Positions 26,491 to 39,532 of a stretch of 64,000 nucleotides of DNA are shown piece after piece (position 1 is the first letter of the stretch; every line of letters starts with the position of its first letter). Below the pieces are notes generated by a model. That model was not told the DNA's origin and made no database searches. It was given only the letters and a program-made list of their open reading frames with translations. The position numbers were made by a program, and so were the translations under genes. This DNA is from Amphiscolops sp. MND2022 (lineage: Eukaryota), in assembly GCA_964187785.1 (NCBI GenBank), contig OZ076409.1:102796001-102860000 (forward strand), written 5' to 3'.

Positions 26491-27768
26491 AGCCAAGTCC
26501 CAGGGCTTCACTACTTACTTCAGCTGTTGTCACCAGCTTCACTTGGGTAGAGGACTCTGTTATATTGAGTCATTTGTTATTTATTGTTGCTGACTTCGGT
26601 CTTGTTGCTGTATGTTGCTCTTCTTCCAACGCAGTCATCGCAGACAGAGCAACCGTCGCAGTGCCCGTTTCCAGTTTTGAAGTTTGCAGTTGTAACGAGG
26701 AAGTTAGCCCCGCCACAAGGGGTCGTGAGTACTAAAACTGTAAACTCTGCTCCAGACATCAGCGTCTGTGTTTCTCAAGACATCAGCGTCTTGTTTGTTT
26801 CAGAGACATCAGCGTCTCGTAGTAGCTGGACATCAGCGTCCCTTTTTTTCTACTCCAACATTGCAAATCGCGCTTTTTCAGTACAGACGTCATTGAGACG
26901 TCCAAAGTTGCAGTTTTTGAAAAAAGTTGAACGTTTGGTGCTTTTTGGACAATTTCTTTGAAATTCGTTGTTGCGTGCTAAACCCTTGAAGTTTTTTTGA
27001 CTTTGGACCCGAGACTTTTGCATTTTTTCTGAAATTTGTTGATCATCTACTCTGAGCAAAACTTTCCAGTTTTTGTTGCTTTTTCGGCGCTTTTTTTGTT
27101 ATTTGTTGCTGTTTTGCCCCTATGGCACTTTATAGCCTTATGCTTTAACTTTGTTCCTGGCCTTATGCCCTTTATGCTTTTCTGCCTTATGCAGTTTACC
27201 TTGGCCTTATGCCATTTTTGTTTAACCACTTTCACCCTTAATCAGTTGCTGTCTATTATCTTCTCCGACGATCATTCCTCCTAAATTTTTGATTCACTCG
27301 TAAGCGATTTGTTCCATTGAGTTTCTCCATTCAAGGACTTCTCCTTCGAGTTGGTCTTTTCCACCGTTAACACCATCAGCCACCGTCAAAATGTGTTTTG
27401 TTTTTGAAGTTTAGGGAAACTCTTGGAATTTTTGGGGGCCTTTGAAAACTTTCAATCGAGTGGACTTTTTTTCGGTTTTTTTTGTAATTCAGCTAAAAGG
27501 GGGTAGCATTTTTGTTTTCTTTGTATTAGACCTTTGTTGTTGGGTAGAGGTTAGTCGGAACTTCTGGGGATTGTTTTTCTCTCTGTTTAGCTGTTTTTTT
27601 GTTAAAAAAATCAATCGTGTTTGGTTTGTGCAAAAAAGTTTTTGTTTTCACCGAAAAGTTAGTTTGCGGGGTTTGTGTGGTTAGGGATAAAAGTTTCCAG
27701 TTTTGAATGCTGAAGTTTTCAGCTTGACCGTCCGTGTGTACTAATTTCTTCGGCAAGTTTTATCCGAG

Positions 27769-30700
27769 ATGTCTACCGTCGAAAAACTGACTCAGTCGCG
27801 GGACCATTTGAAACAGAAATTTTTTGAGCGGGTTGGGCAACTCGATGAGCTTGTTGTACAAAAACACCGTCGGACAAAAGTTTCTAAATTTTTTGACGAA
27901 TGCAATGATCTTCATCATCAGATTGCAGATAAAACAGCGAAACTTTTGGAAAGCGAAGAGGAAGCAATTTGCAATGAAGCTACATGAAGCTACGGCAACT
28001 AGCCGTCAACAATTTTTGCAGGGAATTTTTTGAAAAAACACAAAAATATTTGAGAGAGCCGACACCAAAAATTGAAGGTTCCAAGCGTTCTTCAAAATGT
28101 TCAAGCATGCGAGCTCAGATTGAGCTGAAAATGCAAGAAGAAGAGCTTGAACGTCAAGCCGAAGCGCAGAAAAAACTACTAGAGGCCAAATTACATTTAA
28201 AGTTACTTCAAGTAGACGAAGAAAAACGAAAGAAAGTCCAAGCTGCGAAAGACAAAGCTTGGTTGAGCGAACTTGACAAAAATTCGGAGGACGGCTCGGT
28301 CGACCTCGAGAACGATGAAAATGTTCAAAACTTAAAGGAAGAATGGGTGAATAGGGTTAATAAAAATCAAGATGGGCTAGCAGGGAACGTTGACGAAACC
28401 ACTGCCCAACAAAATGTTATTCAAGTCGACACTGAACTGATCAGCCTCAAACTGATTCAACAATGTTTTTTGCCAACACTCATACGGTTGCGCAGCCCGC
28501 CACTAGCATTCATGTCCGAAACGAACAATCAGTTGTGCGGGTTCAACTGGATACTTTGTACAACTCGAGATCGCTCCCGAACCAGATCACGTCGACTGTC
28601 CCGCCTGCTAACATAATGACTAATGGTAGTGCTTCCGGTGCTAAGGTACCTTTAGTTTCAAATTTTTCACAAGTTGGGGCTCCGGTCTCAAAGTCTTCTG
28701 TTTTTCCTCCACCTAACATTTCAGTGCCAGCAAATTTCTATGTTCAACGTCCAAACGTCTCAGTCTCCACAACTCATGCACCTTCAACAAGTCTTCATCC
28801 CTTCACTACTGGCACTTCGCCAACAACTCACTACGATCAACGTCATATTGTGGGAGGGGGTCCGCCACATAATAGTGGCCCAACCAATGTTCCTTTGCTA
28901 GGAAATTCGGGTAGTCCAACAGTAAACTTGATCGAAAACTTCTTTGAAAAACAAATGCGTCACGAATCTTTACCAAAATCCGAATTGGATGTCTTCGAAG
29001 GCGACCCATTGAAATGGCCTGAATGGCATGGCCTTTTCGCGCAACTTGTTGTAATCCAACTGTGTCTTTGGACATGCGAATGAGATACCTGAAGCTTTTC
29101 GCTGCTGGAAAAGCACGAGCTACTATTGAAGGTTACGGCTTCAGTGGTATTCATTTTGAGCAAGCGTTCGCAGCAATCAAGAGACATTTTGGTGCTCCTC
29201 ATTTAATTGTAGGGGCACAGATCGAAAAAACTTCGAAGTACCCTCAAGTGAAAATGCACAATTGGGAATCCATTATAGACTTTTCACAGGTTGTAAATTC
29301 GTTTGTGTCAGTCTTGACATCTGAAAACTTTTTCAATGATCTCCAGTCCACAAGTAGTTTGTCGCTTCTAGTTTCCAAGCTTCCGATCAACATGCGTGAG
29401 CAGTGGTTTGCCATTGTTGAGCGTTCGACTACTCCCGTGAACGTGTTGACATTCCGCGATTGGCTGCAACAGAAAGCATCCATCCAAGAAAGACTTGTTG
29501 TTTCCAATTCTAATGCTGTTCAAAAGTCTGAGAAATTTAAGAAAGTCAAAAAACATACAAGTTTTTACTCCAATGTAACCCGTAAGGACCAACAAGCTAC
29601 CAAAAAAAGTGATTCGTGTCAGTTTTGCAAACAAAGTCATCGAATTTGGAAATGTCTTTCTTTTTCTGGAAAATCAGTGAAGCAGCGAACTCAATTTGTT
29701 CGTGAGAATCAGCTATGTTTTTCTTGTCTCCAAAGTGGCCACATGGCCCGCAATTGTAAAAAAAGGTTGAAATATCCAAAGCCAGGATGTACCAAAGCGC
29801 ATAATGTTTTGCTTCATTCAAGTGATCTCTCATCACCTACTGTTGATTCCAAAGTTTCAGTGGAGGGGGTTTCTTCTTGTACAATATCTCGGGCTCGCAA
29901 AGGGGCTTTGCAAGTAATCGAGGTTGAGTTGAAGAGTGGCTCTACAACCACAGAGGCATGGGCTCTATGTGATACAGGTAGTTCCAACTCTTGGTTTTCC
30001 GAATCTCTTAGGTCTGATATGAGCCTTTTAGGCTCTAATGAAGTTGTTTCAATTCGAGGAGTGACAGGGTCATTCGAAGGTAGCACGAGATGTGTTGACT
30101 TAGAGTTGTTTTCGCTCGAAAATGAAAATTTTGTTCCATTGAAGTTTTCCGTCCTCGTCAGGCCAGGGTTGTCGCTCGAAACAGAGAGAACTGATTTGAA
30201 AAGTGTGAAAAAAGCATGTCCACATTTAGAGGTAGTTGTCGCTAACGTCATTGACTTCTCTAAAATTTCCGTCATCTTGGGTCAAGGTGTTTACTCGGCA
30301 ATTTGTCCATTGGGATACAAGAAGTCGAAAAGCCATTCACCTTGGGCTGTCCAGTTACCCTTGGGTTGGGTTGTGAGCGGTCAATTGCCCAACTGTAAAA
30401 CACTAATAGACTCAATTTGCTTCGCAGCAAACGAAGAGATGTTTTGTTGTGAAAACGAGAAACTCTCAGCACAGATGTCTAAATGGTGGGCTTCTGAGTC
30501 TTATGCCTCGTTCGTTGATGTTGATCCACGGTCTCGGAGTGATAAAGAGGCAATGAAAATTCTAGAAAAAACTTGCGTTTTCAATGGTGAACGATATTTT
30601 ATTGGGTTACTGTGGACAAACTCTGAAGTTTCGTTGCCGAACAACTTTTCTCTAGCCAAAAGCCTTTTTCTATCTTTAGAGAAACGGCTTGAAAAAAATC

Positions 30701-33700
30701 CTGATTTGAAACGTCGTTACGCTGACTCGACTCGAGTTGATGAACAGAAAGGTTATGTTCGCCGAGTAACTGTCGAAGAAATGTCATCTGGGGAGAAAGA
30801 TCCGCAGTGGTATCTGCCCCATCATCCTGTGATTAATCCAAACAAGCCTGAAAAAATCCGTCGCGTTTGTAATGCCGCCTCCCGTTTCTGTCGAGTTTCG
30901 CTAACCGAAGTTCTCGTTTCCGGCCCAGACCTCTTGTCTGACTTGATTGGCATTTTTCTCCGATTTCGTTTGTTTCGCGTTGCATTAACAGCTGACATTG
31001 AAGCCATGTTTATGCAAATCGGAGTACCAGAGAACGAACAAAAGTTTTTGCGCTTTCTATGGAGAGACGGGATCAATGATGAGATTGAAGTTTACCGATA
31101 TACGCGTCATATCTTCGGTGCAACTTCATCTCCCACTGTCGCCAACTTCAGTGTTCAACAAGGGGCTAGAGATAACCGTTTGCAATTCCCTTTAGCTTTC
31201 GAAACAGTTTTTGATTCATTCTATGTCGATGACTTTTTGAAGTCTTTTCTCAGTCCCGAAAATGCATTTTCCGTTGCTCTTCAGGTCAAGCAAATGTTGG
31301 ATAGTTGTGGGTTCAATCTCACCAAGTTCATAACCAATGATGAAGAAACCTTCAATCGATTGTCAAAAAATGTTTCCTTCGACAAACCTAATTTCAATGA
31401 TATGTCTGAAACTAGTGTTTTGGGGATACAATGGGACCCCAAAACAGACTCATTGAGTGTGTGTCGAGGTTTAACTATACTGACTACCGACGTAATTACT
31501 CAGCGAAAAATTTTATCCGCCGTTTCCGGGATTTTTGATCCTATGGGTTTCATTTCTCCTTTTACCATAAGAGGCCGCCTAATTCTGAAACAACTTTGGT
31601 GCGTCAAAGGCCAAAATTGGGACGCGCCAGTCCCTGATGAAATTGAAGTTGCCTTTCTTGAATGGGATGTTGAAAAAGTAAATATCTCCGACATCAAACT
31701 TGAGCGTTGCATTTTTTGAGGCACTTTGATAACTAACGCTAAGCTGCATGTCTTTGTTGATGCCTCGCAGTCTGCTATGTGTGCGGTCTTTTTTTACGTG
31801 CCCATTGTGATCAATTGTTAGAAATTTCTTGCTTAGTTGGAAAGTGCCGTGTCGCCCCCGTACGTGCGACCACTTTACCTGAGCTTGAACTGCAAGCAGC
31901 TCTGATAGGTCTGCGCCTTGTGACTTCAATAAAAAAGTTTTTGCCATTGACAATCAAAGAAACTTTTTTCTGGAGCGACAGTTCCACTGTCCTTCAATGG
32001 ATTGGTTCTTCTCATAAACGTTTGCCTGTTTTGTTGCCAATCGTGTGGCTGAAACATTAGATCACTCACGAGTTGAAGAATGGAACTTTGTTCCAGGAAT
32101 TCAAAACCCTGCCGACATAGGCACTCGCGGTATGAAAGTAACCGAGCTGAAACTGAGTGAGTGGTTCAGTGGACCGTCTTTTTTGAAATTTAAAAAAGAT
32201 CAATGGCCTACAAAGACAGAATTTGATAGCACTCCTGAATCAAAAACAACCGTATGTGCCTCAGCCCTAGTGCAAACCACCGAGCAAAAAGATGCCTTTG
32301 ATGAACTGTTTAGCAAGTTCTCTTGTTTCAATAAACTGAAACGAGTTATGGGTTATGTGCTGAGGGTGCGAAAGTTCTTTAAAGGACGGCAAGAAACACC
32401 AAATAACGAAGCAAAAACTTCATCTTTTTTGACTGCTGAAGAGCTGAATGAGTCTGAACTTACCATTTGGCGCCTAGTTCAACGGCAACATTTTGCCGAA
32501 GATTACGTCTCTATCGAACAGAGTAACAATGTACTTGACCGATCAACCATTGCTCCATTAGTCCCGTTCATGTGTGATGGTTTGATTAGGGCCCGTGGAA
32601 GGATCCGTAGAGCTTCCTGTTTGAGCTTCGAACAAAAACATCCAATCATTCTTTTCCTCTCAACATCCAGTTGTTAAAACGTTTCTACTTCAAGTTCATT
32701 CAGAGAATTTCCATGAAGGCGTCGAATTTTTGCGGTCAGTTGTGCAACAGAAGTATTGGATTGTCGGCTTAAGATCCGAACTTCGTCGTATCAAGAGTAA
32801 TTGTTTGTTGTGTAGAAAACGAAGTCCAAGTTTTGTAGAGCCTCAGATGGCTGACTTGCCCAGTGAGCGACTTGGTTTCAACCAACCGCCGTTTGCGTTC
32901 ACTGGTTTAGATTTCTTCGGCCCTTTCGAGGTCAAAGTTCTCCGTTCTACGCAGAAGTGTTGGTGTTGTGTTTTCACTTGTCAAACAACCCGAGCCATTC
33001 ATTTGGAAGTTTGTCATTCACTCACCACTGACTCTTGTTTGTAAGCTATTCAGAGATTCGTAGCACGGCGGGGTGTACCGAAAACGATGACCTCGGATAA
33101 TGGCACTAATTTTGTAGGAGCTTCAAAGGAGCTGAAGAACTTTGCTTTGTCCCTTTCTCAGTGCGACAACATATCATCTCACTTGACCCATCGTGGTTGC
33201 GAATGGAAGTTTAATCCTCCTGCTTCACCCCATTTCGGTGGAGTTTGGGAGCGATTAGTTATGTCGTGCAAAAAGTCCACGTTTGCTGTTTGAATGGTCG
33301 TCGTCTATCCGAAGAGACTTTGTTGACTACTTTATGCCTAGTAGAGCAGCTCCTAAATGCTCGACCTCTAACTGCAGTGAGTTCCGATGTTAACGATCTT
33401 GAAGCTTTAACACCCAATCACTGTTTGCTAGGTCGTTCCACCGTATACCTTCCTTTTGGCTTAGTTCAAACTAATGATCATTCTCATCGGCGCGTGTTTC
33501 GTCAAGCTCAATGTTATACTGAGTTGATTTGGCGCCGTTGGCTAAATGAATATGTTCCCCAATTGCAAACCAGGTCCAAGTGGTTTTCCGATTCAACGGT
33601 ACCTATCACAACTGACAGTTTAGTTTGGCTCGTTGATAGTTCAAGTCCTAAGGGTCAGTATCCCCTGGGGCGTGTTGTCAAGTTTAACATCGCTGATGAT

Positions 33701-33832
33701 GGTATTGCTCGATCAGCTACCATCAAAACTTCCAATGGTCTTTTTACTCGCCCACTCGTAAAGCTTGTACCCTTGCCATGGTTGTTTGGTTCTTGTGATC
33801 AGGAACGGGGCCCGGGATGTTCTTACCGTTGA
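27769..33832 (+). pseudogene. gag-pol: BEL/Pao gag-pol polyprotein broken by frameshifts and stops
   Basis: LPKSELDVFEGDPLKW (BEL gag), Cys-His knuckles CQFCKQSHRIWKC and CFSCLQSGHMARNC, protease LCDTGSS, RT FYVDD, RNase H-like LHVFVDAS / LPELELQAA / FWSDS, integrase GLDFFGPF / SDNGTNF / WERLV / LNARPL. Confidence 0.95.
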
Positions 33833-34568
33833 ATGTTGTTGAGCGCTTGTTGAAGATCATCGTAACATGCAAGCTATCGTAAAAATGTTACGTAATCGTT
33901 TGGAATAATTGAAAACTCAGTTGAAACAGCGCTCGTTGCCGCGATGAAAGTTCTTTGACAAAATGAAGCTAGCCGTTCAATTCAGCTCACCGTTACCGGT
34001 TTTTGTTACCAAGTTTGACATTGATTCTTTTTGACTGTCTTGTCTAGTCGAAACCTTTCAAGTTCAAAGTACCTATATCTGTCAAAAGTTCATCCTTTCC
34101 GAATGTTTATTACGGAATAAACATTACGGATAAACATTACGGATAAAGGTCAAAAGTCTTAACCAACTTACATGATCATTTTGCATGACTGCAAACTTAG
34201 TGAACTATTAGGAACCCAACCCCCCTTTTTCCCCCTGTTTTCCCAGACTTTTTGCAGGTAGTTAACTGGTGGCTTAAGATTGGTTCTTAGGTCTTGTCCC
34301 GGCTTTGGGTAGGCTCATTGGAACAGAAAAATTCGGTTTGAGCAGTGGCTCATATTCATGCAACATTTGTGATAGTCTTTGTCAATAACTAAGGAATGAG
34401 AGTCAACCAATTCAACTTAGCTGCTTTATTGAGAACTGCTGTTCAGTTCATATGACTCTGAATATTATAATAGTCTTTCTGTTCAACCTAAACTTTCTAT
34501 TCAACTTTGAATTAACTCTTGTCTTTTATTCATCATGTTTCCTGAGTTCGCGAGGCGCGCACCAAACA
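33818..34568 (+). repeat. BEL/Pao 3' LTR (751 bp)
   Basis: Direct repeat of 25750-26473 preceded by the PPT, with a net +27-bp templated insertion at 34112-34144. Confidence 0.96.
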
Positions 34569-34826
34569 GTGATACATGAAAACAATGACAATCTGTTACA
34601 GGGTACTCGACGTTTTTGCCATTGATAGATATTGAGGTAAGTTGAAAACAGTTTCAACCCTTGAATTTTTGGACAAAATATTACTTCACACTTTTCATGA
34701 GCTTAGTTTGCATATTATGTCTCTGAGTTGCTGAGCTGATTGAAACTCCATTTTGTACTTTTTACTAAATTGAAGTTTCTGATACGAATACGCAGTCTGA
34801 CTAAATAAGCATTCATTCTCTATATT

Positions 34827-35010
34827 CCCTTGTCGAGAGAAAAACATATCTTGCAAGAGTCTTGCAAGACTATCATGAAAAATGTAAATCTTGCAAGATT
34901 CTGACAGAAAAGGCAAATCTTGCAAGAATCTGATAGAAAAGTCATATCTTGCCAGAATCTTGCAAGATTCCTGAAAGACTTGCATCACCAAGAAAAGTTT
35001 CTCGCAAGAT
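34827..35010. mobile_element. TCTTGCAAGA palindrome-array MITE fragment
   Basis: CCCTTGTCGAG start and several perfect TCTTGCAAGA 10-mers. Confidence 0.6.
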
Positions 35011-35289
35011 TTACATCACTATGCAGACAAAAATTGAGCCGCAAATTGAGAAGTTTCCATGGACATAAAGCATTGAAATAGATACAATGCTCAAAACCAC
35101 CTATTTATAGTTGGGATTTTGAACATCGCACAAAAATTTGTTCTTCAACGGCTCCGATTCAATGATCACTGGAATTGCATCTAACTGTGAAGGATGAACT
35201 CCAACAGAAAAAAATTCTCAACAATGAACCCTTTTCAGTTTTCAAGGGAAAAACTGTTTCAATTGCCAAAATATTTTGAGGAGGGGCAG

Positions 35290-35490
35290 CCTATGAAACA
35301 GTTTTGCAAGAAAATTTGAACCTTGCAAGATTCTTGCAAGATTACAGAAATCTTGCAAGAATTTTGCAAGATGACACAAATCTTGCAAGATTCTTGCAAG
35401 AAATCTGCCAGGTTAATGCATTCACTTGCAAGATCTTGCAAGAATGTCTGACAGAATCTTGCAAGATTTGTGTTTTTTCCCAACCACGGT
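35290..35490. mobile_element. TCTTGCAAGA palindrome-array MITE fragment
   Basis: About 8 full or partial TCTTGCAAGA motifs in 200 bp. Confidence 0.6.
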
Positions 35491-36706
35491 GTATTCAGAC
35501 AAATCCCGTTCTATCGGATTTGTTTTCAATAGTAGTGCTAAGATACTAGAACATCAAACAACTAACATTTCTTTGGAGATTCAAAAGGTAACACTGTATT
35601 TTCTAAGTTTCTTTCAAAGCAGCTATGTTTCTGTCAAATTGTCTTCAAACTACAGTCAACAAATATTTACTCGTAAGTAGAATTTTTCAAATCAAAATGC
35701 TGGTGTCGATTTCTGTGTTGACGTGTAGCCTACGTCACATAATTTTTTTCGAAGCAGCATATATATGCGCATGTATACATTCAAACAGTAGATTAGCACG
35801 TATTTGAATTTAAATAAACTAAGTTTGATCATACCATCAAAGCGTAATGCCGCTCAAATGAAATTTGAAACTGAAAACTGTGTCTTGGCATTATTGCTGA
35901 AATTTAAAGCAAGAGAAGCTCTCAAATCAATTTAACGAATCTCAATTAAAATTGATTTCGAGACTTGCTAAACGTACGCATTGCATAAATTTATCAGCGT
36001 TCTGTCGGCTTGTGTGAAACTTCAAAGCTTGAATTTCGGTTCTTTTTCGAGATCTCCAGATATACGAAATGACGAAAAGGGGGTGGGGTCTTTTTGCTGA
36101 CTTTTTGCTAAGTATTATCACAGTTCCATTTACAGTGCAAATTTTCAGACAAAAGTTTATTTCTCTGCATACAACCAAATTTATAACGAATTGAAAGATT
36201 TTGGATTCAGAGAACGTCTTTTCAGACATATGATAGTGTTCGATTGTCAGCAAAAGAGTGTCAGCTACAATGAACAGCGACCTTGTTACTCCCTTAATCA
36301 CATTGATCGCAGAAAGAATTGGCTGAATGTTGCAAAGTTCAACGTTCTGTTTCATAATGATAGTTACAATAGTGTAAGAAATAAACTGAACCTTTATTTG
36401 TAAAAAAATTGGACCAAAACAAAACTAGCTCTGATTTCTGCTATCATCCAAGTTATCTGAAAATATATTGAACAAACATTCTAGAATTTTGTTGGGCACT
36501 TTAAATGTAGGTTTGCAAATAATGAAGAAACTTCCGAATTTAATTTTTCATTGATTGTATTTACTACTGAATTGTCATATCGGACATCAGTTTGGTCAGT
36601 TTTATAACATTTTGCTATTAATTTCGAACGTTTGTTTATTAGGCACGTACGTCTTCATTTACTGAAAAGATTTAACTATTTTACATCAAGATAATTGGTA
36701 TAATCT

Positions 36707-37560
36707 TCTCACGATTTTGTTCGCCTACATACGAGTCTACTGAACACTCTCGAGACATTTGTCTATGATTTTCACGCGAGAAATACGTTTTAGAGCAATT
36801 TTCCCACGTTTTCTGGGCATTCTCAACTTCGGGGTTCCGTTGTAGCCCACTGGACCGTCGGTCCACCACGGTGAAATTAGTGGCCCTTGGGCTCTCTTCT
36901 AGCCCGTGGGACCCCCGGTCCACCACGGTGGAGTTAGTCCTCCCCTGCGTATCTAACGTATCTTGGATAGAAGGTAGCACTTTCTCAGTTATTGCCGTGG
37001 TAATTGCGTCTTGTATTTGTGAACCTAGGCTAGTTTTGATCTCATTAAATTTCCTTGGCATCTCATTAGAAATCTTTTCACTAATCATCCTTGACGTTTC
37101 AATCAATGGTTATTTCGCTATTTTCTCTACTATTTGTATTGAGTAGCGACCTAATGTCTTTTTCAACTAAATTGGACTTTTGATGAGTCCCAATAGACCC
37201 TGACTCCAAATTCAGTTCCCTTTCATTTTGATCATTCCTCTCATCATCCCTTCAATAACTTCCTAGCATTATATCAACATTTTCAACATCAGACATGTTG
37301 TCTAATTGTCTAGAACGCCTCTCCTTGGCCTTTTGCTTCCTAGTAGAAGGCATTGAAGAAAACAATGATTCTCAATATTAGACTATTGAAATGAAAGTAC
37401 AAATGTACAGAAAGTCCAAAGTAATTAAAAGTTGAGATTAAATCAGTTTGTCAAACAGTATAAGATAGTGAGCAGGTTGTTTGATCAGATTATTTCCCAA
37501 AAAAGAATCATCTGGGCTGTCAGTTCCCCCTATTTATAGTTAGGGAGAGGTGACAACCCA
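36707..37560 (-). mobile_element. Probable 3' part of a solo LTR from a second coding-LTR family (TATA box plus Gag N-terminus)
   Basis: Minus-strand TATAAATA at 37538-37531, ATG at 37353 (MPSTRKQKAKERRSR...), and a degenerate ORF running to ...CGTGAGA at 36707, in the same phase as the ...CGTAAC A|TGG end of the 39533 element. The distal boundary is unresolved. Confidence 0.6.
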
Positions 37561-37849
37561 AATTCTGCGCGTCATGTTGCTAATTTTAGACACGAAAATA
37601 CTAAAAATAGCACCTATCTAGGATTACATCAAAGTGACGTCAGGTTAATAATACATCAGCGCAAACTCAGGCGGTAAGCTTTTCAAGGTAGGTCACACAT
37701 GTTTGGGAGATCTTTTCATACACATAAACCAGAACTGAACAATTCATGTTGTCTACATATGAGAATACATGCAATTTGCTGTATTTTATCCGTTGTGGCT
37801 ACACTAATATACCTGATTATAACAATAATGGTAGTAGTTCACTAATTTC

Positions 37850-38170
37850 ACCGTGGCAGACACTCAGTCCGCACAGATACAGTAAATCCAAATGAGTACT
37901 ACACTCTGATTGGTTATTAAATTTGGTACAGCGAGTACATTTAGCTAAAGAACGAGTTCATTTGAACTCGTTTTCTCTAATGTGATTACTGCACTCTGAT
38001 TATCTACGTATTGATTTACAGCATCCCTACAACCAACAATTGTAACGAATAACAAAATATTAGCAACTTTCTATTATAGCAGACACAAAATTGCATTTTA
38101 TAATATAACATATTTCATGTTGGTCAAATTAAAGTCTGTTGTGCCTGTTCGGACTGAGTGTCTTAGCGGT
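37850..38170. mobile_element. Small TIR element
   Basis: GACACTCAGTCCGCACAG (~37859) and its inverse CTGTTCGGACTGAGTGTC (~38145); no clear TSD. Confidence 0.45.
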
Positions 38171-39532
38171 TTAAATTGGGAGAACAGCTGGAGGGGGGTT
38201 GGTATTATCCCCTTCTAATAGGATTTAATTGTAATTACCGTCACAGGCGGCATCCTGTGACAAAGATAGCTTTTGAAAGGGGTTTTCTATTGTTTTATTT
38301 TAATTACTATATTAATATGTGAAACACAGCTATTTTTCGCAAAGATTGGGTATTATGTTTTTGGTTTTAGATTTTCAACCAATAAAATTAATATCAAGAG
38401 AAACTGCTAATTAAGGCGATTATACGCATTATCTGAGACATTCAGTCCTTCCAGTCCCTTAAATTCATGGATAAATTAGAGAATGAACGAAATTCCCATG
38501 TAAAATGTTAGCTTTGTTCACATGCAGTCCAAGTAATTTCTTACAAATAAGGGTTCAGTTCTTTTCTTACACTACTGTATGTATCTGCCAAATTGTTCGT
38601 GTATCCCAATTGACAGAGTAAACCTGACTTTCAGTTGCATAGTTATTCTTTGCCATAAAGTACTGATAGACCCTGTCATTATGGCACGATTCCTTTTTCG
38701 CCAGACAAAACTTTTTGTCTTGTTCAAAAAGGTTTTTCCTTGAACTTGTTTGAAAGTTAAGCGATTTGCGATCAAAATGATTAAGGGTGTATGAATGTTT
38801 TGGGAATTCGTTTTCCGGGTTGTTCGGTTAACTTTAGTAACCCACAGGTGGCCCTAACCCTCAACGCAAGGCCTAGTACGCTCGTACTGAAATCGCGGCA
38901 CGATTACGCAAAGATATCACCAGTTTTAGCTATGATCGTGCCACGATTCGTAAAACGATTGGCGTGACGTCAAAGTGAGTTCGTATTACAAGCCCTCAGA
39001 GTCAGTTTTAGTGTACAGTATCCGCAACGCACTCGAGAAATTACTGAAATTTCGAGCTCAGTTCACATCATTACCTTGCTAAGTAGCAGTATCAGTTTTA
39101 TCCTGAAAGGGTGAAAAGGGTTGTTTTCAGACCAAGAGGTTGAACTACGAGTCGAAACTGTTACGCCTTGAACAGTTTGTTTACTTTGTTGAATCATTGC
39201 AAATGATCCGCAGTGTATCAAGGGACACATTTCAATGAAAACCTCATAAGCATTATTTAACATGTTTGGAAAATTTCTAGTTACTATTGTGACTTTTGAA
39301 CACAAATCTGATGACCGAAGTTACTGAAACGCTACCGAAAGAACAGAGCGAGCTGGGAAATCCACTGAAAGCCACTGAAATGGATAAAAATACAACATAG
39401 TTGCCAAGCTTCAATTTATTCAATGATAGACATGTTATACGGTGCCATCCCATGTCCGATTCATTCGGATCACATCTCACAGAGCAGGACTGAAACGATT
39501 ACAAGAGCTAGCTGAATGATTTTGTTCAAGCA

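Larger units (their letters stand above)
25750..34568 (+). mobile_element. Full-length BEL/Pao LTR retrotransposon (defective)
   Basis: TGT...ACA LTRs, GTGAT TSD (25745-25749 and 34569-34573), primer-binding site (PBS) TGGTCCGCCGAC, polypurine tract (PPT) AGGAACGGGGCCCGGGA, and domain order gag-PR-RT-RH-IN. Confidence 0.97.
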
